A stretch of 64,000 bases of DNA from Prorocentrum cordatum (GCA_963575745.1 CAUYUJ010000114.1:1426001-1490000), one strand, 5' to 3'. Shown: positions 25,619 through 39,899, numbered from the stretch's first letter. Translations and numbers: made by a program. Notes: generated from the sequence alone by a model not told the origin.

Positions 25619-26767
25619 CCCACCTCCGAGTTCTGCAGGCCGAAGGTGTCGAGGGTGCTCTGCCACCGGAACGTCCCCTTCGGGTGGGCCCACATCGGGC
25701 CCGTGAAGGGCGGCCGCCGCCGGCCCCCCTGCCCGTCGAGCCCGGCCAGTGCCTCCCGGAAGTAGACCTCGGCGTTCGGCACGGCGATGCGGAGCACCCC
25801 GCCGGGCGCGAGCTTGGCGTGGACCTCGGCCAGGAAACCGCGGACGGCGCCGTCGTGCAGGCCGAGGTGCTCTGCAAAGTGTGCCGCGTAGACGTGGGAG
25901 CACGAGCCAGCGGGCAGGGGCAGCTGGGGCGACTTGACCCCTATGGACTTCAGGACCACGCTCGCGTGCTCGCTGGGGAGCGCGTACTGGCTGGTCACGG
26001 CGTCGATGTTCAGCCACCCGGGGATCGCGTTGCTCCTGTAGCTGGCGCCCACCTGCAGCTTCAGGGCGCCCTGCTCGGCTTGCCGGTGCAGGTCCTCGGG
26101 GAGGGCCCTCACGTGCGCTGCGGTGTGCGCAGCGGCCAGCTCCCTCACGTGCCCGTCGAACACCCGCAGCGCGTCCGCTGCTCTCCGCAGCTCCTCCGAG
26201 GCCTGGCTGGCCGCGGCGGGCGCGCGGGCGGCGCCGCCCGCCAGCTGCACGAGGCACGCTTTCACGTCGTCGACGAGCTCCTTCGCGAGCTCGTCGACGA
26301 TCCTCATGTCCGGCGTGGAGTGCGCCACGAAGGGGTTGCGGGAGATGGTGCCAGAGGCCAGCATGGACTGCGTGGACGAGCCGGCGGGGCCTCGGCCCTC
26401 CGTCTTCGTGGCGTCCACGAAGAGGCTGGACCTCAGGTCCGCGCCCGTCTCGTCCCTGCTGGCCTGCCTGGCCCAGTAGCTGAACCGGTCCACCCCACGC
26501 AGCTCGGAGTGGGAGCTCTCGCCGAAAGCGGCGAGCCGCACGCTGTCCGGGTGGAACCCTGCCTGGACGAGCACGTCCCTGAGCAGGCCAGCATCGTATC
26601 CCATCTGCGGGCCGTCCGACATCAAGCCCCAGACCCCGCCGCCCCCGAGCACGGACAGGGTGAGCCCCACCTCCGAGTCGTGCAGGTTGAACCTGTCGAT
26701 CGTGTCGCTCCAGTTGAACGCCTCCAGCGACTGCTCCCAGAACGCCCCAGAGAAGGGGCGCCGCAGC
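25619..26767 (-). CDS. Methyltransferase gene large exon: end of domain 1 and most of domain 2 (class I SAM-dependent, Methyltransf_11-like)
   Basis: LKLQVGAS...PGWLNID, SCSHVYAAHFAEH and FLAEVHAKLAPGGVLRIAVPN motifs; strong GC3 bias; 1149 nt, phases consistent. Confidence 0.9.
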
Positions 26768-26770
26768 CTA

Positions 26771-26932
26771 TCACCATGGGAGAAGCGGGTCCTGTGGAAG
26801 ACGGGTCCTGGAACCCGGGGCCTTCCCCCAGGACGAGCTGTTCATCCTGAGTCGCTCTTTCTGACGGTGCCGGGGCCCGTGGAGGGCCCCGAGAGCCCGA
26901 AAACCCTCAAGACGCATTTCCCCCCATGGCGA
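26771..26932 (-). mobile_element. Introner-like element; GC-AG intron 26768-26935
   Basis: TAGGCT 6-bp TSD; TIR TC(G/A)CCATGGG; interior resembles family J (49745-49940, 50408-50600). Confidence 0.9.
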
Positions 26933-26935
26933 AGC

Positions 26936-27132
26936 CTACCGCCCTTGCCGTCCAGGCCAGCGACTGCTTCCCCGAGGTACGTCTCGGCGTTCGGCACCAC
27001 GACCCGCAGCACGCCCCCAGGGGCCAGCCTCGCGTGGGCATCCCTGAGGAACTCGCTGGCCACACCGTCCCAGAAGCTGACGCGGTCCAGGAAGTGCGCC
27101 GCGTAGATGCAAGAGCACGACCCCTCTCGCAC
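26936..27132 (-). CDS. Methyltransferase gene exon (VREGSCSCIYAAHFLD...LAPGGVLRVVVPNAETYL)
   Basis: Paralogous to domain 2; CAG|G acceptor, AG|GC donor. Confidence 0.9.
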
Positions 27133-27133
27133 C

Positions 27134-27288
27134 TGGGGGAAACGAAGGGTATACCGATACCGCCGGTCCACGGACCTCTCCCGAGGTGCGCTCGGACCAG
27201 GACTCCGGGGCGGAGCCCGCGGTGGCGGCGAGGGCCTCCCAGGAGGCCCAAGGAAGGCAAAACGGGGGAAGGGTGCGCACTCCTCTGA
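27134..27288 (-). mobile_element. Introner-like element (family H); GT-AG intron 27133-27292
   Basis: GGTGC 5-bp TSD, body TCAG...CCCA; diverged relatives at ~28185-28332, ~45414-45580 and ~48321-48450. Confidence 0.88.
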
Positions 27289-27292
27289 GCAC

Positions 27293-27448
27293 CGGGAGCC
27301 CTGGGGATGTCGCGGTCACCGCCTTCTGGACCACCGTCGGCCCACCGCCACCGTCGGGCCCGGCGCCTGGGGCCAGGTCCACGTTCAGCCAGCCCGGCAT
27401 GGCGGCCGCGCCGCTCGCACCGACCTGCACCCGGAGCCTGCCGCGCTC
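27293..27448 (-). CDS. Methyltransferase gene exon (ERGRLRVQVGASGAAAMPGWLNVD...SPGLP)
   Basis: SAM-binding motif I region paralogous to domain 2; 156 nt, phase 0/0. Confidence 0.88.
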
Positions 27449-27451
27449 CTC

Positions 27452-28858
<1,407 letters not shown>

Positions 28859-28861
28859 CTC

Positions 28862-29075
28862 CTCGTCCGCCCGCAGCTCGGCGGGCAGCGCGGCCAGCTG
28901 CGCCGCCGTCTGCGCGCCCGCCCGCGCGCGCACGCGCGCCGCGTAGCGCCGCAGCTCGGCCCTCGCCGCGTGCAGCGACGCCAGCGCGGCGGGGTCCACG
29001 AGGTGCGCCGCCTCGCCGCGCGCGCCCCCGTAGCCCTGGCTGCGGCCGCTCGCCGGGCGCTGCCAGAGGTGCCCC
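28862..29075 (-). CDS. Methyltransferase gene exon (..AARAELRRYAARVRARAGAQTAAQLAALPAELRADE); acceptor unresolved
   Basis: Paralogous to RAADALRVFDGHVRELAAAHTAAHVRALPEDL preceding domain 2. Confidence 0.7.
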
Positions 29076-30512
29076 GTGCACAGCGCACGGCCACCGCCGA
29101 CACGGTCACAGCCAACGGAGGAGGAGGAGGAGGAGGAGGAGGAGGAGGAGGAGGAGGGGGAGGGGGAGGAGAAGGAGGAGGGGGAGGAGGAGGAGGAGGA
29201 GGAGGAGGAGGAGGAGGAGGAGAAGGAGGAGGAGGAGGAGGAGGAGGAGGAGGAGGAGGAGGAGGGAGGAGGGAGGAGGGAGGAGGTAGGAGGAGGAGGA
29301 GAGCGTGTCACGGCGGAGAGGCCTCCGGGAGGCCCGCGGGGGGCCTCGCCGGGCCCCGGGGCCGGCCACAGAAGAAAACCCTCGGGGCAGGAGCTGCAGG
29401 CCTCTGGCGGAGGCCCCGCCCGCGCATGGAAGATGCGAGCGGCATCGCACGTCTGGGGTGCCCCCAGGGTGTCCGGGGAGGCCACGCCGCCTCCAGAGCA
29501 CCCCCTCACGCGCCCCGGAGGGGCCCGGCTGGGGCTCCAGAGCGGAGCGAGAAGCTGGGGGCGCCTTGGGCCAGGGACACCCTTGGCAACCCCCGAGCTC
29601 TCCAGCTGTGCCATCGGCCCCTTGAGGTCGACCAGGTCCTGGGAGGGGCTCGATGCATGCACCACGTCGCTTGGTCGGCCAAGGATCTCGGTGCATGAGC
29701 GCCCCAGCTGCCCAACCTGTGGGAAGCTGGATCGCCCATCACACAGGCGTCCCTCGCCGAACTCCTTGGCCCCCTGGCCGCCCCAACGGCGTGGTGGATG
29801 CACGGGCGATCGATGTCACAAACCCTGAGCCCCAAGATGCTGCCATCTCTCGGGAGCGCATCCTGTAAGTCCGCCGGCCTCCCGCCAGCTTCCGCCGAGG
29901 CACAGGTGCTAACTCATTCGGCCCTCGAACACGAGGCCGGCTCTGGAACGCCTCACGCGCAGAGACCCTCCGAAGTCTGCGACCCCTCCGCGACCCGCCC
30001 GCGACCTACCCGCGACCCATCCCGCGACCCTCTGGCGACCCACGTGGTGTGTGTATCACTGAGATCCGACGCGGCAAGAGTAATGGCGACATCCCAAAAA
30101 TCACGACCGGGATCCCGGACCCAATCTTTCTGCGCCATGCTTCGAGCCGGACCGACATGTGAGAGCCCCGGGGCCGGAAACTGGGCGAAAACGCCCGGTG
30201 CGAAAAATATGCGACGCCAGGATCTCAGGGATATGCACACATCTCTGTATACAACTTTTGGGGGAGGAGGTTTCTTGATAGATGCTCGACCGTGTGTATA
30301 TATATATATAAATAAATAAATATCAATACACCGAGACCCTCCGACATGGGTCGAAGATGGGAACCATTCCTGGTGCTGAAACAGCACCAGGGTCCGTCCA
30401 GAGCCGCTCGGGAGACGCCGTGGAGCGGACCTGAAGAAGCCCGGAGGGGGGGGGGGTCCCACCGTGGCGAGTCGAGGCACCCGGCCAGAGGCCCCCGGCC
30501 CCGTATCCCGAC

Positions 30513-30546
<34 letters not shown>

Positions 30547-30595
30547 GTATGTGATATAATATATATATATTATACATACTACAACACGCCAAGAC

Positions 30596-30735
30596 CTCCG
30601 AGGTCCGCGACCAGCTCCCCGACCAGCGCGAGGTCCGCCGGCATCCCGAGGCCCGGGGCCCTCCGCGCCGCTCCCGCACCGCCCGCGCGGGAGCGCCCGC
30701 AGCAGCAGCAGCAGCCGCCGCAGCGCCGGCGCCAT
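30596..30735 (-). CDS. Probable first exon of the methyltransferase gene (signal-peptide-like start; one frameshift needed)
   Basis: GCC-ATG-G MAPALRRLLLLL; shifted frame gives PADLALVGELVADL, similar to PDMRIVDELAKEL; AG|GT donor. Confidence 0.5.
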
Positions 30736-31479
30736 GGCCGGCGCCCGAGGGCGGCGCGTCCAAGGGGCAGCGTCAGGGGGAGGACGAGGAGGGGGAGAGG
30801 AGGAGGAGGGGGAGGAAGAGGAGGAGGAGGAGGAGAGGATGAGGATGTTGAGTGAGGAGAGGAGGAGGAGAGGAGGAGGAGGAGGAGGAGGAGGAGGAGG
30901 AGGAGGAGGAGGGAGGAGGGGGAGGAGGGGAGGAGGAGGAGGGGGAGGAGGAGGAGGAGGAGGAGGAGGAGGAGGAGGAGGAGGAGGAGGAGGAGGAGGA
31001 GGATGACGAGGAGCAGGCGATGCATCGGCGATGCATCGCCGATAGAGCGGCGACGGGCCCCCGACCGCGAGTCGGCGCAAGTTTCTGGGCGGGGCGGGCT
31101 GCCGGGCCCTCGTCGGCGACGATCTGGGCAACAGGGGGGGGCCAGCTCCCCTGACCTTCCAGGAGGGCTTACAAAAATAGCACCGGGGCCTCGACATCCA
31201 AATTCCTGTCGAGGCTCGAGGCAGTCAGGGTAGGTCTCTAGATCTGGAGGGCTGTGCTTCAGCACCCTCTGGAGGGTCAGGGCCCCCAGACCCCTTCGAG
31301 TCCTGACAGAAATCACGACCCTGAGATCCTGGCGTTGCGATTTTTTCAATGCGCGCATCTTCGCTCAGTTTCGGGCCCCAGAACCCTCACAGATCGATCC
31401 AGCTCGAAAAATTTATGCAGAAAGATGCGGTCTGGGGCTCTGTTCGTGATTTTTCGCTATGTCGCAATTCTTCTGCAAC

Positions 31480-31650
31480 GTCGGATCTCAAAAGACAGGC
31501 AATTGTTTGCTATCTTCGGCCTCCGGGGGGCCCCCAGCGGCCCGAAAGGGCCGTTCAAAAACGGCCCCAGATGAAGAGCTGGTCCAGGGAATGGGTCGAG
31601 ACCTCTGGGGGTGGACGTTAGGAACAAAAGCATATGACGTCCGGGGTCTG
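31480..31650 (-). mobile_element. Family J interspersed repeat (also ~33045-33200 minus; 49745-49940 and 50408-50600 plus)
   Basis: Shared ccccagaggtc..gaccc..tcctgg..ttcatc..ggcccccc..ggccgaa core. Confidence 0.7.
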
Positions 31651-32378
31651 GGTCAGGTGTGGCGGGGGACAGCGGCCTGGAATCGGCGATGCATCGCCTG
31701 TAGATCGGCAAGAAGCCCCCGATGGCGAATCCGTACGCTCAGAGGCGGGATGGGCTCACGGGCCCTAGTCGGCGATCAATGGGCGATTGGAGGTCGATGC
31801 ACCCCCGCCCCTGAGCCAGCATTCTGCGGCAACTCATTGGAGCCTCCCATAACATCTGATTGGCTCTTGTGACTCGACGCTAACCAGGCGCTAGTCGACG
31901 CTACTCGACTCTAAATCGACGCTAATCGACGCGGAATCGGAGCCATTTCATCGATCACCAGACGCTAATCGACGCTAGTGCATTGTAAAGACGGAATTAC
32001 GAGGGTATGCATCATGGTCGAGGGTTTGGGCCCCCCCCAATGCTAATGCCATCGCCCCCCCCCCCCCCACCCTCGCGATGGCCCCCCCCTGTGGGCGTGG
32101 GCGTGGCGTGGTGCCCCCCCCCCCCTGTGGATGTGGTGTGGGTGTGGTGTGTTGCTGTGGGTGTGTGCGGGGTGACGCCATGGTCCTCCTCCCCCTCCTT
32201 CCCCCCCCTGTGGGTGCGGTGTGGGTGCGGCGTGTGGCTGGGATTGGCGTCATATTAACAGCTCCAGTGCTCGACGTCGTCGCCGCCGCCGATGGTGGTG
32301 CCGTCGACGTCGTCGTCGTTGTCGTCGTCGTTGTCGTCGTCTTCGTCGTCGTCGTCGTTGTCGGCGTCGTAGTTGTCG

Positions 32379-32410
<32 letters not shown>

Positions 32411-32572
32411 GTCGTCGTCGTCGTCGTCATCGCCGGCGTCGTCGTCCTCCTCCCTCCTCTTCCTCCTCCTCCTCCTGCCTCCTCCTCCTCTCCTCCTTCT
32501 CCTCCTCCTCTCCTCCTCCTGCTCCTCCTCCTCCTCCTCCTCCTCCTCCTCCTCCTCCTCCTCCTCCTTCTC

Positions 32573-32603
<31 letters not shown>

Positions 32604-33708
32604 ATCCCATCTGGGGGGGTTCCCGAGGACCCTGGGACCCATCCCATCTGGGGGGGGGGCCGTGGGCCCGGAGCCCTCGATCATACATAACCAGCCTTGG
32701 GCTTATCCCTATCCCTAAGATTGGCAAGCCAAAAGGCGATGACAATCTTAGGGATGCGCCCTCAGAAACTGAGGGAATCCTGACGATCGGCATCGAGATG
32801 AGGCGATGCCAATCATAGGGGTAGAGATATGTTCCAGGCTGGTAAATGCAAGGCTCTCATGACTTGCAACCCAACCCCTCTAACGATGCCCCTGACCGTC
32901 ACCATGGCCACGCCGTCAGAGGCCTACTGGCGGCAGGCATTGACCTCCGCCATGCCGCCTGCGGGGGAGCCAACCCTCCAACCGAGCCTGGGCCGAGCCA
33001 AGATGGCTACGCAGAGCAAGCTCCTGCAGTCCCAGACGTGCTCGCGTCTTGAAAAAATCTGGACGTCAAACTGTCTGTCGTTTTCGGCCTCTGGGGGGCC
33101 CTTACCCGGCCCTGGGACCATCCAAAACCGACTCAGGATGAAAAACCAGTCCCGGGGAAGGGTCGGAACTTCCAGCGACCGCGTGTTGAACAAATCAGGG
33201 CATCGCATCGCTGCGGTGACAACGTCGGCCCTGCGACTTCTGCGGAGGAGCTGGCCCTCGAGCCGAGCTGGGCCGAGATGGCTGCAATCTGAGCAGGCTC
33301 CCGCAATGACGACGGCCCTCCGACCTCTGTGCAGGAGCTGGCCCTCGAGCCGAGCCGGGCCGAGCCGAGCTGGGTGCAATTTTGAGCAGCATCCTGCAGC
33401 GACGACGACGGCCCCCCGACCCCTCCGACATCGCGCGAGCACCGCCCAGCCTCCGCCCTCGAAGGCCCCCCGTGGCATTTGATACCGCGTCTCTTCGCGT
33501 GCGCCTGGCGCCAGGAGCCTTTCGCTGCCCCGGTGCGCAACAAGCAGCACGCAGCGTGCTGCCTCGGAGCTCCACACGCAGATTTTGAGCACGCAGGTCT
33601 GGCGCGATGCGTTCGCCAAGACGTGGGCCGACGCGTGCCGAGCCGACGCAGCGTGCTGGCACGAACGCTCTGAGCACGGCACGTGCTGCGTTGCAGCGAG
33701 GGCGTATC

Positions 33709-33872
33709 TGAAGGGGCCCTGGGACACACGAATAAGTACACACCAATAAAAGGATCCCCCGTATTCTCCCATATTTTCTGGGTTTCTGTCTTCCCCCCCA
33801 CTTTCCCATATTTCCCCATATTTTCTGGGGAGTCGACGATGAATTGTGTCTGTGTGTTGTTTCCCCTCCTGA
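33709..33872 (-). mobile_element. Family B element
   Basis: Perfect gtatc/gtatc TSD. Confidence 0.88.
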
Positions 33873-34014
33873 GTATCAGCGCAGCTGAGCCCGTTGGCCC
33901 CGCGGCCCGAGCGGGGGGGGGCCCCCATGAGGGTCCTCGGCCCTGAGCGCTGGCACCGCCGCCGCCGCCGCGCCGAGGCGGCTATACGCACCCGTCGCGC
34001 GCTGCGCGGGGATA

Positions 34015-34164
34015 GGGGGCCACATGCGAACCCTACCCCTACCCCCCAGGACTTCTGAGGGGGAGGGTGGGGTTCACGTCGTTCGGGAGGTCACGAGCGA
34101 AGTGAACCCCACCCTCCCCCTCGGAAATCCTGGGGGGTAGGGGTAGGGTTCGCCTGTGGCCCCC
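34015..34164. mobile_element. Foldback MITE (GGGGGCCACA termini)
   Basis: Palindromic along its length; second copy at 45961-46101. Confidence 0.85.
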
Positions 34165-34939
34165 TGGGGGACGCGCCGCCGCCGGGCGCCCGCTGGCGTG
34201 CCGTGTGCGCCACGGCTCCCCGCGGCGGCGTGCCGCGCGCGGGCCCCGCGACGGGGCGGCGTCGGCACGCGCGGTGGCATCGGGATCTCACGCCGGCCCC
34301 GCAGGGCCGCGGGGCGGCCCGCAGCGGGGGCCCAAGGCGCCCGCGAGGCCCTCCGGAGAGCGGCCCGGGTCCCGTGCGGATGCACCGGCACCGCGAGCTC
34401 CCACGCCCTCCTGGGGTGCGCTCCGATCGGGATGCCGAGGGCGAGTCCGGCCGTGGCGGCGAGTGGAGAGGAGCGGTAGCAATACCTGTTGCTCCTCTGA
34501 GGCCGCCCACGGCGGCGTGGCATCAGAGGGCCCACCGCGGACAGGTCCGCCACGGGCCACCCCCCCCGCCACAGGAGGCCAGACGGCCCCTCCGCCTCCT
34601 CTGCCTCCTCGTCCATCTCCTCCTCCATCTCCTCCTCCTCCTCCTCCTCCTCCTCCTCCTCCTCCTCCTCCTTCTCCTCCTCCTCCTCCTCCTCCTCCTC
34701 CTCCTGCTCCTCCTCCTCCTGCCTCCTGCTCCTCCTCCTCCTGCTCCTCCTCCTCCTCCTCCTTCTCCTCCCCCTCCTCTCTTCCCCCTCCCCCCCTCCC
34801 CCTCCGCTTCCTCCTCCTCCTCCTCCGCCTCCTCCTCTTCCTCCTCCTCCGCCGCCTCCATTCCTGTTTCATGTAAATAACTTCTCCCTGTCGTACCCCG
34901 AGGCCAGTTTTTAGGGCGGGCCGGGCGTTTCGCCTGAGA

Positions 34940-35410
34940 CTTCCTCACCACTTCTGGTTCTGAAGCTTAAGAAAAAGTGGCAGCAGTTTCACACACAGAG
35001 GGCGGGTGGCTTTCAAAATGTGGCTCTCGCCTTAGCGCCGCGAACATTCGTTTACCAAAAATTGCAAGGCTTTCACGGATTGAGGGCGGGTCGTTTTCAA
35101 GATGCGGCTCTCGTCTTAGCGCCGCGCACATTTGTTTAACAAAATTGCAAGAGTCTCACGGATTGAGGGCGGGTGGTTTTCATAATGTGGTTCTCGCCTT
35201 ATCGCAACGCACATTCGTTTATAAAATTGCAAGAGCTTCACGAATTGAGGGCGGGTCGTTTTCAAAATGTGGCTCTCGCCGTGGCGCCGCGCACATTCGG
35301 CTTACTTATTTGCCAGAGCTTCACGGATTGAGGGCGGTTCCTTTTCATAATGTGGCTCTCGCCGTAGCGCCGCGTACATTCGCTTTCAACAAGTGCAAGA
35401 GTTTCCCGGA
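34940..35410. repeat. ~83-bp tandem repeat, ~5 copies
   Basis: gagggcgg at ~34998, 35082, 35165, 35247 and 35330; inverted relative at ~63165-63350. Confidence 0.88.
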
Positions 35411-36214
35411 TTCCCATGAACAGCGTACCAGAAATGGTGGTTTGGAAGGATTCAGGACTATGCGGGTGCATGTTGATTCGCGGTGCTGAAATCCCAAAAA
35501 TGGCGTTCTGACACGATTCTGGATCGTCAAGACGTAGCAGTCAGGTTGGCCCGTGGCGTTGAAATCCCGAGAACAATGTTTTGGCATGCTTCAGGGTCGT
35601 CAAACGGTCGCCTTCCAACGAGGCAATTCCCTCAATGAAAATGAACCGTTGTAGGGCCTATGAAGAGGGAGCTTGGAGGGAGGGTTAATTCCAACATCGT
35701 CGATGACTCTTGGCTTCACACTGGTCCTCCTCCTCCTCCTCCTTCTGGGATTGAGTGCTGGGCCCCCCTGACGCCGCCTCTGGCGCCGCTACTGGCGCGC
35801 TCCGCGCGCCAGGGGGGAAGCCCAGCGCCGATCTAAGAAACATGCACGGACCTCAGATTGTTTATGCTTATGCCATGCGTTGTTCCCTGAGTTGCGGCGG
35901 CGGCCCCGACGACACGCTATGCCTTGCGAGCGGGAAGCGTGTGACTCTGCTCCGAGGCTGTTAAAAGCCCGCGACGATGGCGCTCGGGGATCCGGACGAG
36001 GATGGCTCGTGGCACCGAAGCGCGGTGGGCCCGACGCGGCGGCGCGACACGCTAAGCCAAAGTTCCTGACCGTATACGCCTACGTACACAGATCCTGTCC
36101 AGACGCATCCTGGGCCCAGGATCGGCTGGCGCGCCCTCCTGGTGTCTGGGCAGGAGGGTGCGAGCACGGATCCTGGGCCCAGGATCCGCCTGGCCAGGAT
36201 CGGGGGAGGTCTAG

Positions 36215-36416
36215 GTCGGGCATGTCCTCCTACAGGCGGACTTTGAAGGAAACATCCAAAATTACCAAAAATACTCAAGAATAATCACAAATAGTAGAAG
36301 GAAACATTCAAAATTACCAAAAAACTCAAGAACAATCACAAATAGTAGAAGAAATATCGTCCCCAGGCTGTTTGGAACTACTTTTGAACATCCTACTGTA
36401 GAGGAACATGCCCGAC
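36215..36416. mobile_element. MITE (gtcgggcatgtcc TIR)
   Basis: gtcgggcatgtcctcctacag / ctgtagaggaacatgcccgac; relative at 47220-47473. Confidence 0.8.
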
Positions 36417-37301
36417 TTCAGGGGAGGTGTGTAGTTCGTGCCCCCCGATCCTCCCCGATCCTCCACGACCGCTGACATGGGCATGGAAAGAGCCCATCCT
36501 TCAGGTTCGGTCCACAGCACGTCGCTGAGCGGTGCTGCAGCCTCCCCTGAGCACGCCCCCCCCTACCCCCAAAGAGCCATCAGCCGGAGCCTCAGGTGCG
36601 GGGTGCACTGCGAGGCGCCTTCGAGCCAGCTTACCCCGAGTCGGCTTTGCGCTCACACGGGTGCTTCCCTCCTCCACCACCTCGTCCCCCTTCTCCTGCT
36701 CTTCCTCGCTCGCCTCGGGGGGGGGGAAGAGAGAGACATAGGACCAAAAAACAAGCGAGAATCGTATGAAAGGGCACGGCCCGCCCAACGTGTCCAATCA
36801 GCAGCACTGGCAAACCCCTCACTGCCCAAGAGGCTTCGAGTCGAGGCATTGTGCGCGCCTCCCGTCCTTGAAGGAGCATGGCCTCCCCCGGCGACACGCG
36901 GTAGCCCCACCTCCCACTCCCCCCTGCTACCATTCTGCCGCCACTCCAAGATTGCAAAGATCTGCGGAGGCATGACGCAAGAGACGTACTGAGGAGGTCG
37001 TTGGTTATTACAAGGTGGCACAGCTGACTTCATCGCCTCAAGTACACACGACTTCTTGTTGTCGCGCAGTGAAACAGGCGAGCACAAGGTTGATAATTGA
37101 GCCAGCAGCAAGGCGAGGGTGAAGAATACCGATGCCTCGAGCTGCTGCAGCCGCGCACACTCATTCGTGGAGCAGCAGGACTGGCAAGTGACACAGGGGG
37201 GCATGGCAACACGTAGCCCACCACGGCGGGGGCATGGAACAAGGATGCGGAACCGGAGGTGTTGGAGACTGAGGAGAAAGAGGGGCAGGAGGAGGAAGGG
37301 G

Positions 37302-37332
<31 letters not shown>

Positions 37333-37797
37333 TGGAGGAGGAGGAGGAGGAGGAGGAGGCGGAGGAGGAGGAGGAGGAGGGGGAGGAGGAGGAGGACGAG
37401 GAAGAGAGGGGAGAAGGAGGAGAAGACGGACGTAAGAGTGAGGAGGAAGGAGGAAGGAGGAAGGGGATGCGGAGGAGGGGGCGCGGCAGCACGCGGCCCT
37501 CGCCGACGGGAGAGCGCAGAGAAAGAAGGCGCAGGGTGAACGGAGGAGCAGCAGCGAGGGCAGGGGCAAGAGGCGGAGGAACATCGAATGGAGCAGGAGG
37601 CGGAGGAGGGCGGGCTACGCGGATAGGAGCTGGAGCAGGAGGCGCACAGGGGGCAACAGGACGAGCGCACGCGTCTCCGGAGCAGCCCGAGCACCCGCGA
37701 GGAAGGAGGAGAGAGGCTTGAAGTTCGCAGAGGTGGACGGAGGAGCTGCAGCACCAGGGAGAGCGAGGGAGCAGGAGGCGCGTGCCACGCGCGGACG

Positions 37798-37915
37798 TCA
37801 CGAGAGGGACTCCACGGAGTCCTCCTCGAACCCGTCCTCGTCGAGCGGGATCGGCGCGGCCGCCGGGGCACCGCCGGCGCCCTCGCCGAGCACGAGGTCG
37901 ATGCTGTCGCTGGAC
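37798..37915 (-). CDS. Probable last exon of an unknown acidic protein (SSDSIDLVLGEG...EEDSVESLS*)
   Basis: CCCCAG|G acceptor, near-total GC3, TGA stop. Confidence 0.55.
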
Positions 37916-38406
37916 CTGGGGCCAGGATAGGGCCAACCGCCCCTTCCCCTGCGGTTCCCACTCCTGTTCCTCCTCCTCCTCCTCCTCCTCCTCCTCCCCT
38001 CCTCCTCCTCCTCCCTCCTCCTCCTCCTCCTCTCCTCCTCCTCCTCCTCCTCCTCCTCCTCCTCCCCTCCTCCTCCTCCTCCTCCTCCCCTCCTCCTCCT
38101 CGACCTCCCCTTCTCCTTCTCCTTCCTCCTCCTCCTCCTCCTCCTCCTCCCCTCCTCCTCCTCCTCCTCCTCCTCCTCCTCCCCCTCCTCCTCCTCCTCC
38201 TCCTCCTCCTCCTCCTCCTCCTCCTCCTCCTCCTCCTCCTCCTATCTCCTCCGTCTCCTCGGCCGATCGAAGACGAGCGAGGACGAGGAGGAGAAGGGGG
38301 AGGGGGTCCTGTGCTCGGTCTCCCCGCCTCTGCGTCTACCTCCCTTGCTGTTTCGGGCCCGCCCTGGGCAAGCCGAAGGCCCTGCACCCGCCTGCTGCGA
38401 TCAGTA

Positions 38407-38580
38407 CAGTCAAAAACCTGAATAAGGACGCGCGGTTAAGGACGCAAGACCCTTGGAAGCCGAAGCTGGGATTTCTGGGGCGGCGGACGACGAAAACCCC
38501 AAGGACGCAAGAGCAAGGAAGAGCAAGGACGCAAGGGTACCCTGAGCAAAGTCACGCGTCCTGATTCGGGTTTTTGACTG
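38407..38580. mobile_element. Tc1/mariner-type MITE (family E)
   Basis: ta|cagtcaaaaacc...ggtttttgactg|ta. Confidence 0.9.
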
Positions 38581-38947
38581 TATCGCTTGGGGCCTGGGAG
38601 GTCGTCTTCTCACTGAGGCAATGTCGCGGACAGTTCTGCGTCATCCGACCAGGCCTGACCTGACCTGGCTTCGGTCGGCGGGCCTGTCGGGATTCGGGCG
38701 ATGATGTCCTGACAGGCAGCCCGTGCCAAGGAGCAGGGCAACGCACAGCGCAAGGTGGCGAACCCGTGGCGAGGATGACGGGCACTGGGGGCGAGAGGTC
38801 AGCCCATTGGAGCCAGTTCACTGGAACCAGCAAGATCCGCCCCAGCATAGTTGGCAAGGTGTGTGTGTGTGTGTGTGTGTCAAACGCCACATCGAAGTGC
38901 TGAAGCTCACGCGACCGTACCGCTCAGCCACTGGCCCTCCTAAGCTC

Positions 38948-39009
38948 CGCCCGCTGCCCTCGGAGTTCGCCGTGTGGCTGGCGTGGCCGTGCGAGGGGTC
39001 CAGGTAGCT
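38948..39009 (-). CDS. Probable internal exon (SYLDPSHGHASHTANSEGSG)
   Basis: TTCAG| acceptor, GC3 bias, phase-2 end matches the next exon. Confidence 0.5.
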
Positions 39010-39010
39010 C

Positions 39011-39172
39011 TGAAGGGGCCCCAGGGCACACAGATAAGTACACACACATAGAAATATCCCCCATATGTTCCTATAGTTTTTGGGTTTTTTTTGTCTTCCC
39101 CCCCACTTCCCATATCTTCCCATATTTTCCTGGGGATCGACGATGAATGGTGTCTGTGTGTTTTTGTTCCTA
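39011..39172 (-). mobile_element. Family B element abutting the exon acceptor
   Basis: Homology to other B copies; distal end degenerate. Confidence 0.8.
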
Positions 39173-39899
39173 GGGGGCAAACAAACCTATCTCGCTTTTG
39201 ACCACCCTCGCTTCCAAGAGATACCAAACGATGCCAAATTGCAGCCTTTACTGGTCAGGCCGCTTGACGAGGAGGCGTGTGGTATGGCTTGGTGTGTGTT
39301 TTTGTCCCCTCCTGCAGCTCTTCTGCCTGCTTCTCCGCAGCTCCGCGGGTGGCCTCCCGGAGCTCTGCCTGCCTGTTGGCCCCGAGGCCCTGCGGGTGGC
39401 CCTGCGAGACTCTGCCGGCGGCCCTCGAAACTCTGCCGCTGGCCCTCGTAGGTCCTCCTCCTCCTCCTCCTCCTCCTCCTCCTCCTCCTCCTCCTCCTCC
39501 TCCCCCTCCTCCTCCTCCCCCTCCTCCTCCTCCCCCTCCTCCTCCTCCTCCTCCTCCTCCTCCTCCTCCTCCTCCTCCTCCTCCTCCTCCTCGCAGCTTT
39601 CCTGTGGCTCTCGAAGCTCCCTCTGTGGCTCTCGTAGCTCCGAGCACTGCTCTCGAGGCTCCTGTGTGGCTGTCGTTGCTCGGAGGGGGGGGTCCGAGCA
39701 GTTCAGCCGGTGGGCCTCGAGGCCCTGCTGGCGGCCATCGGAGCTCTGCTTTTGCGGCTCGCGAAGAGCTGAGCTCAAGGGGCCCTCACGGCTCTGCGGG
39801 TGGCTCTCGCAGCTGCAGCGGTTGTCCTCGAAGGGATGCCGTTGCCCTCGGAACTCTGCTGGTGGCCCTCGCAACGCTGCTCGTGGCCATGCGCCTGGA

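Noticed and set aside
30390..30595. Extra exon after a TTCAG|GTC acceptor at ~30430
   Set aside because: No similarity to the paralogous repeat and no consistent downstream junction
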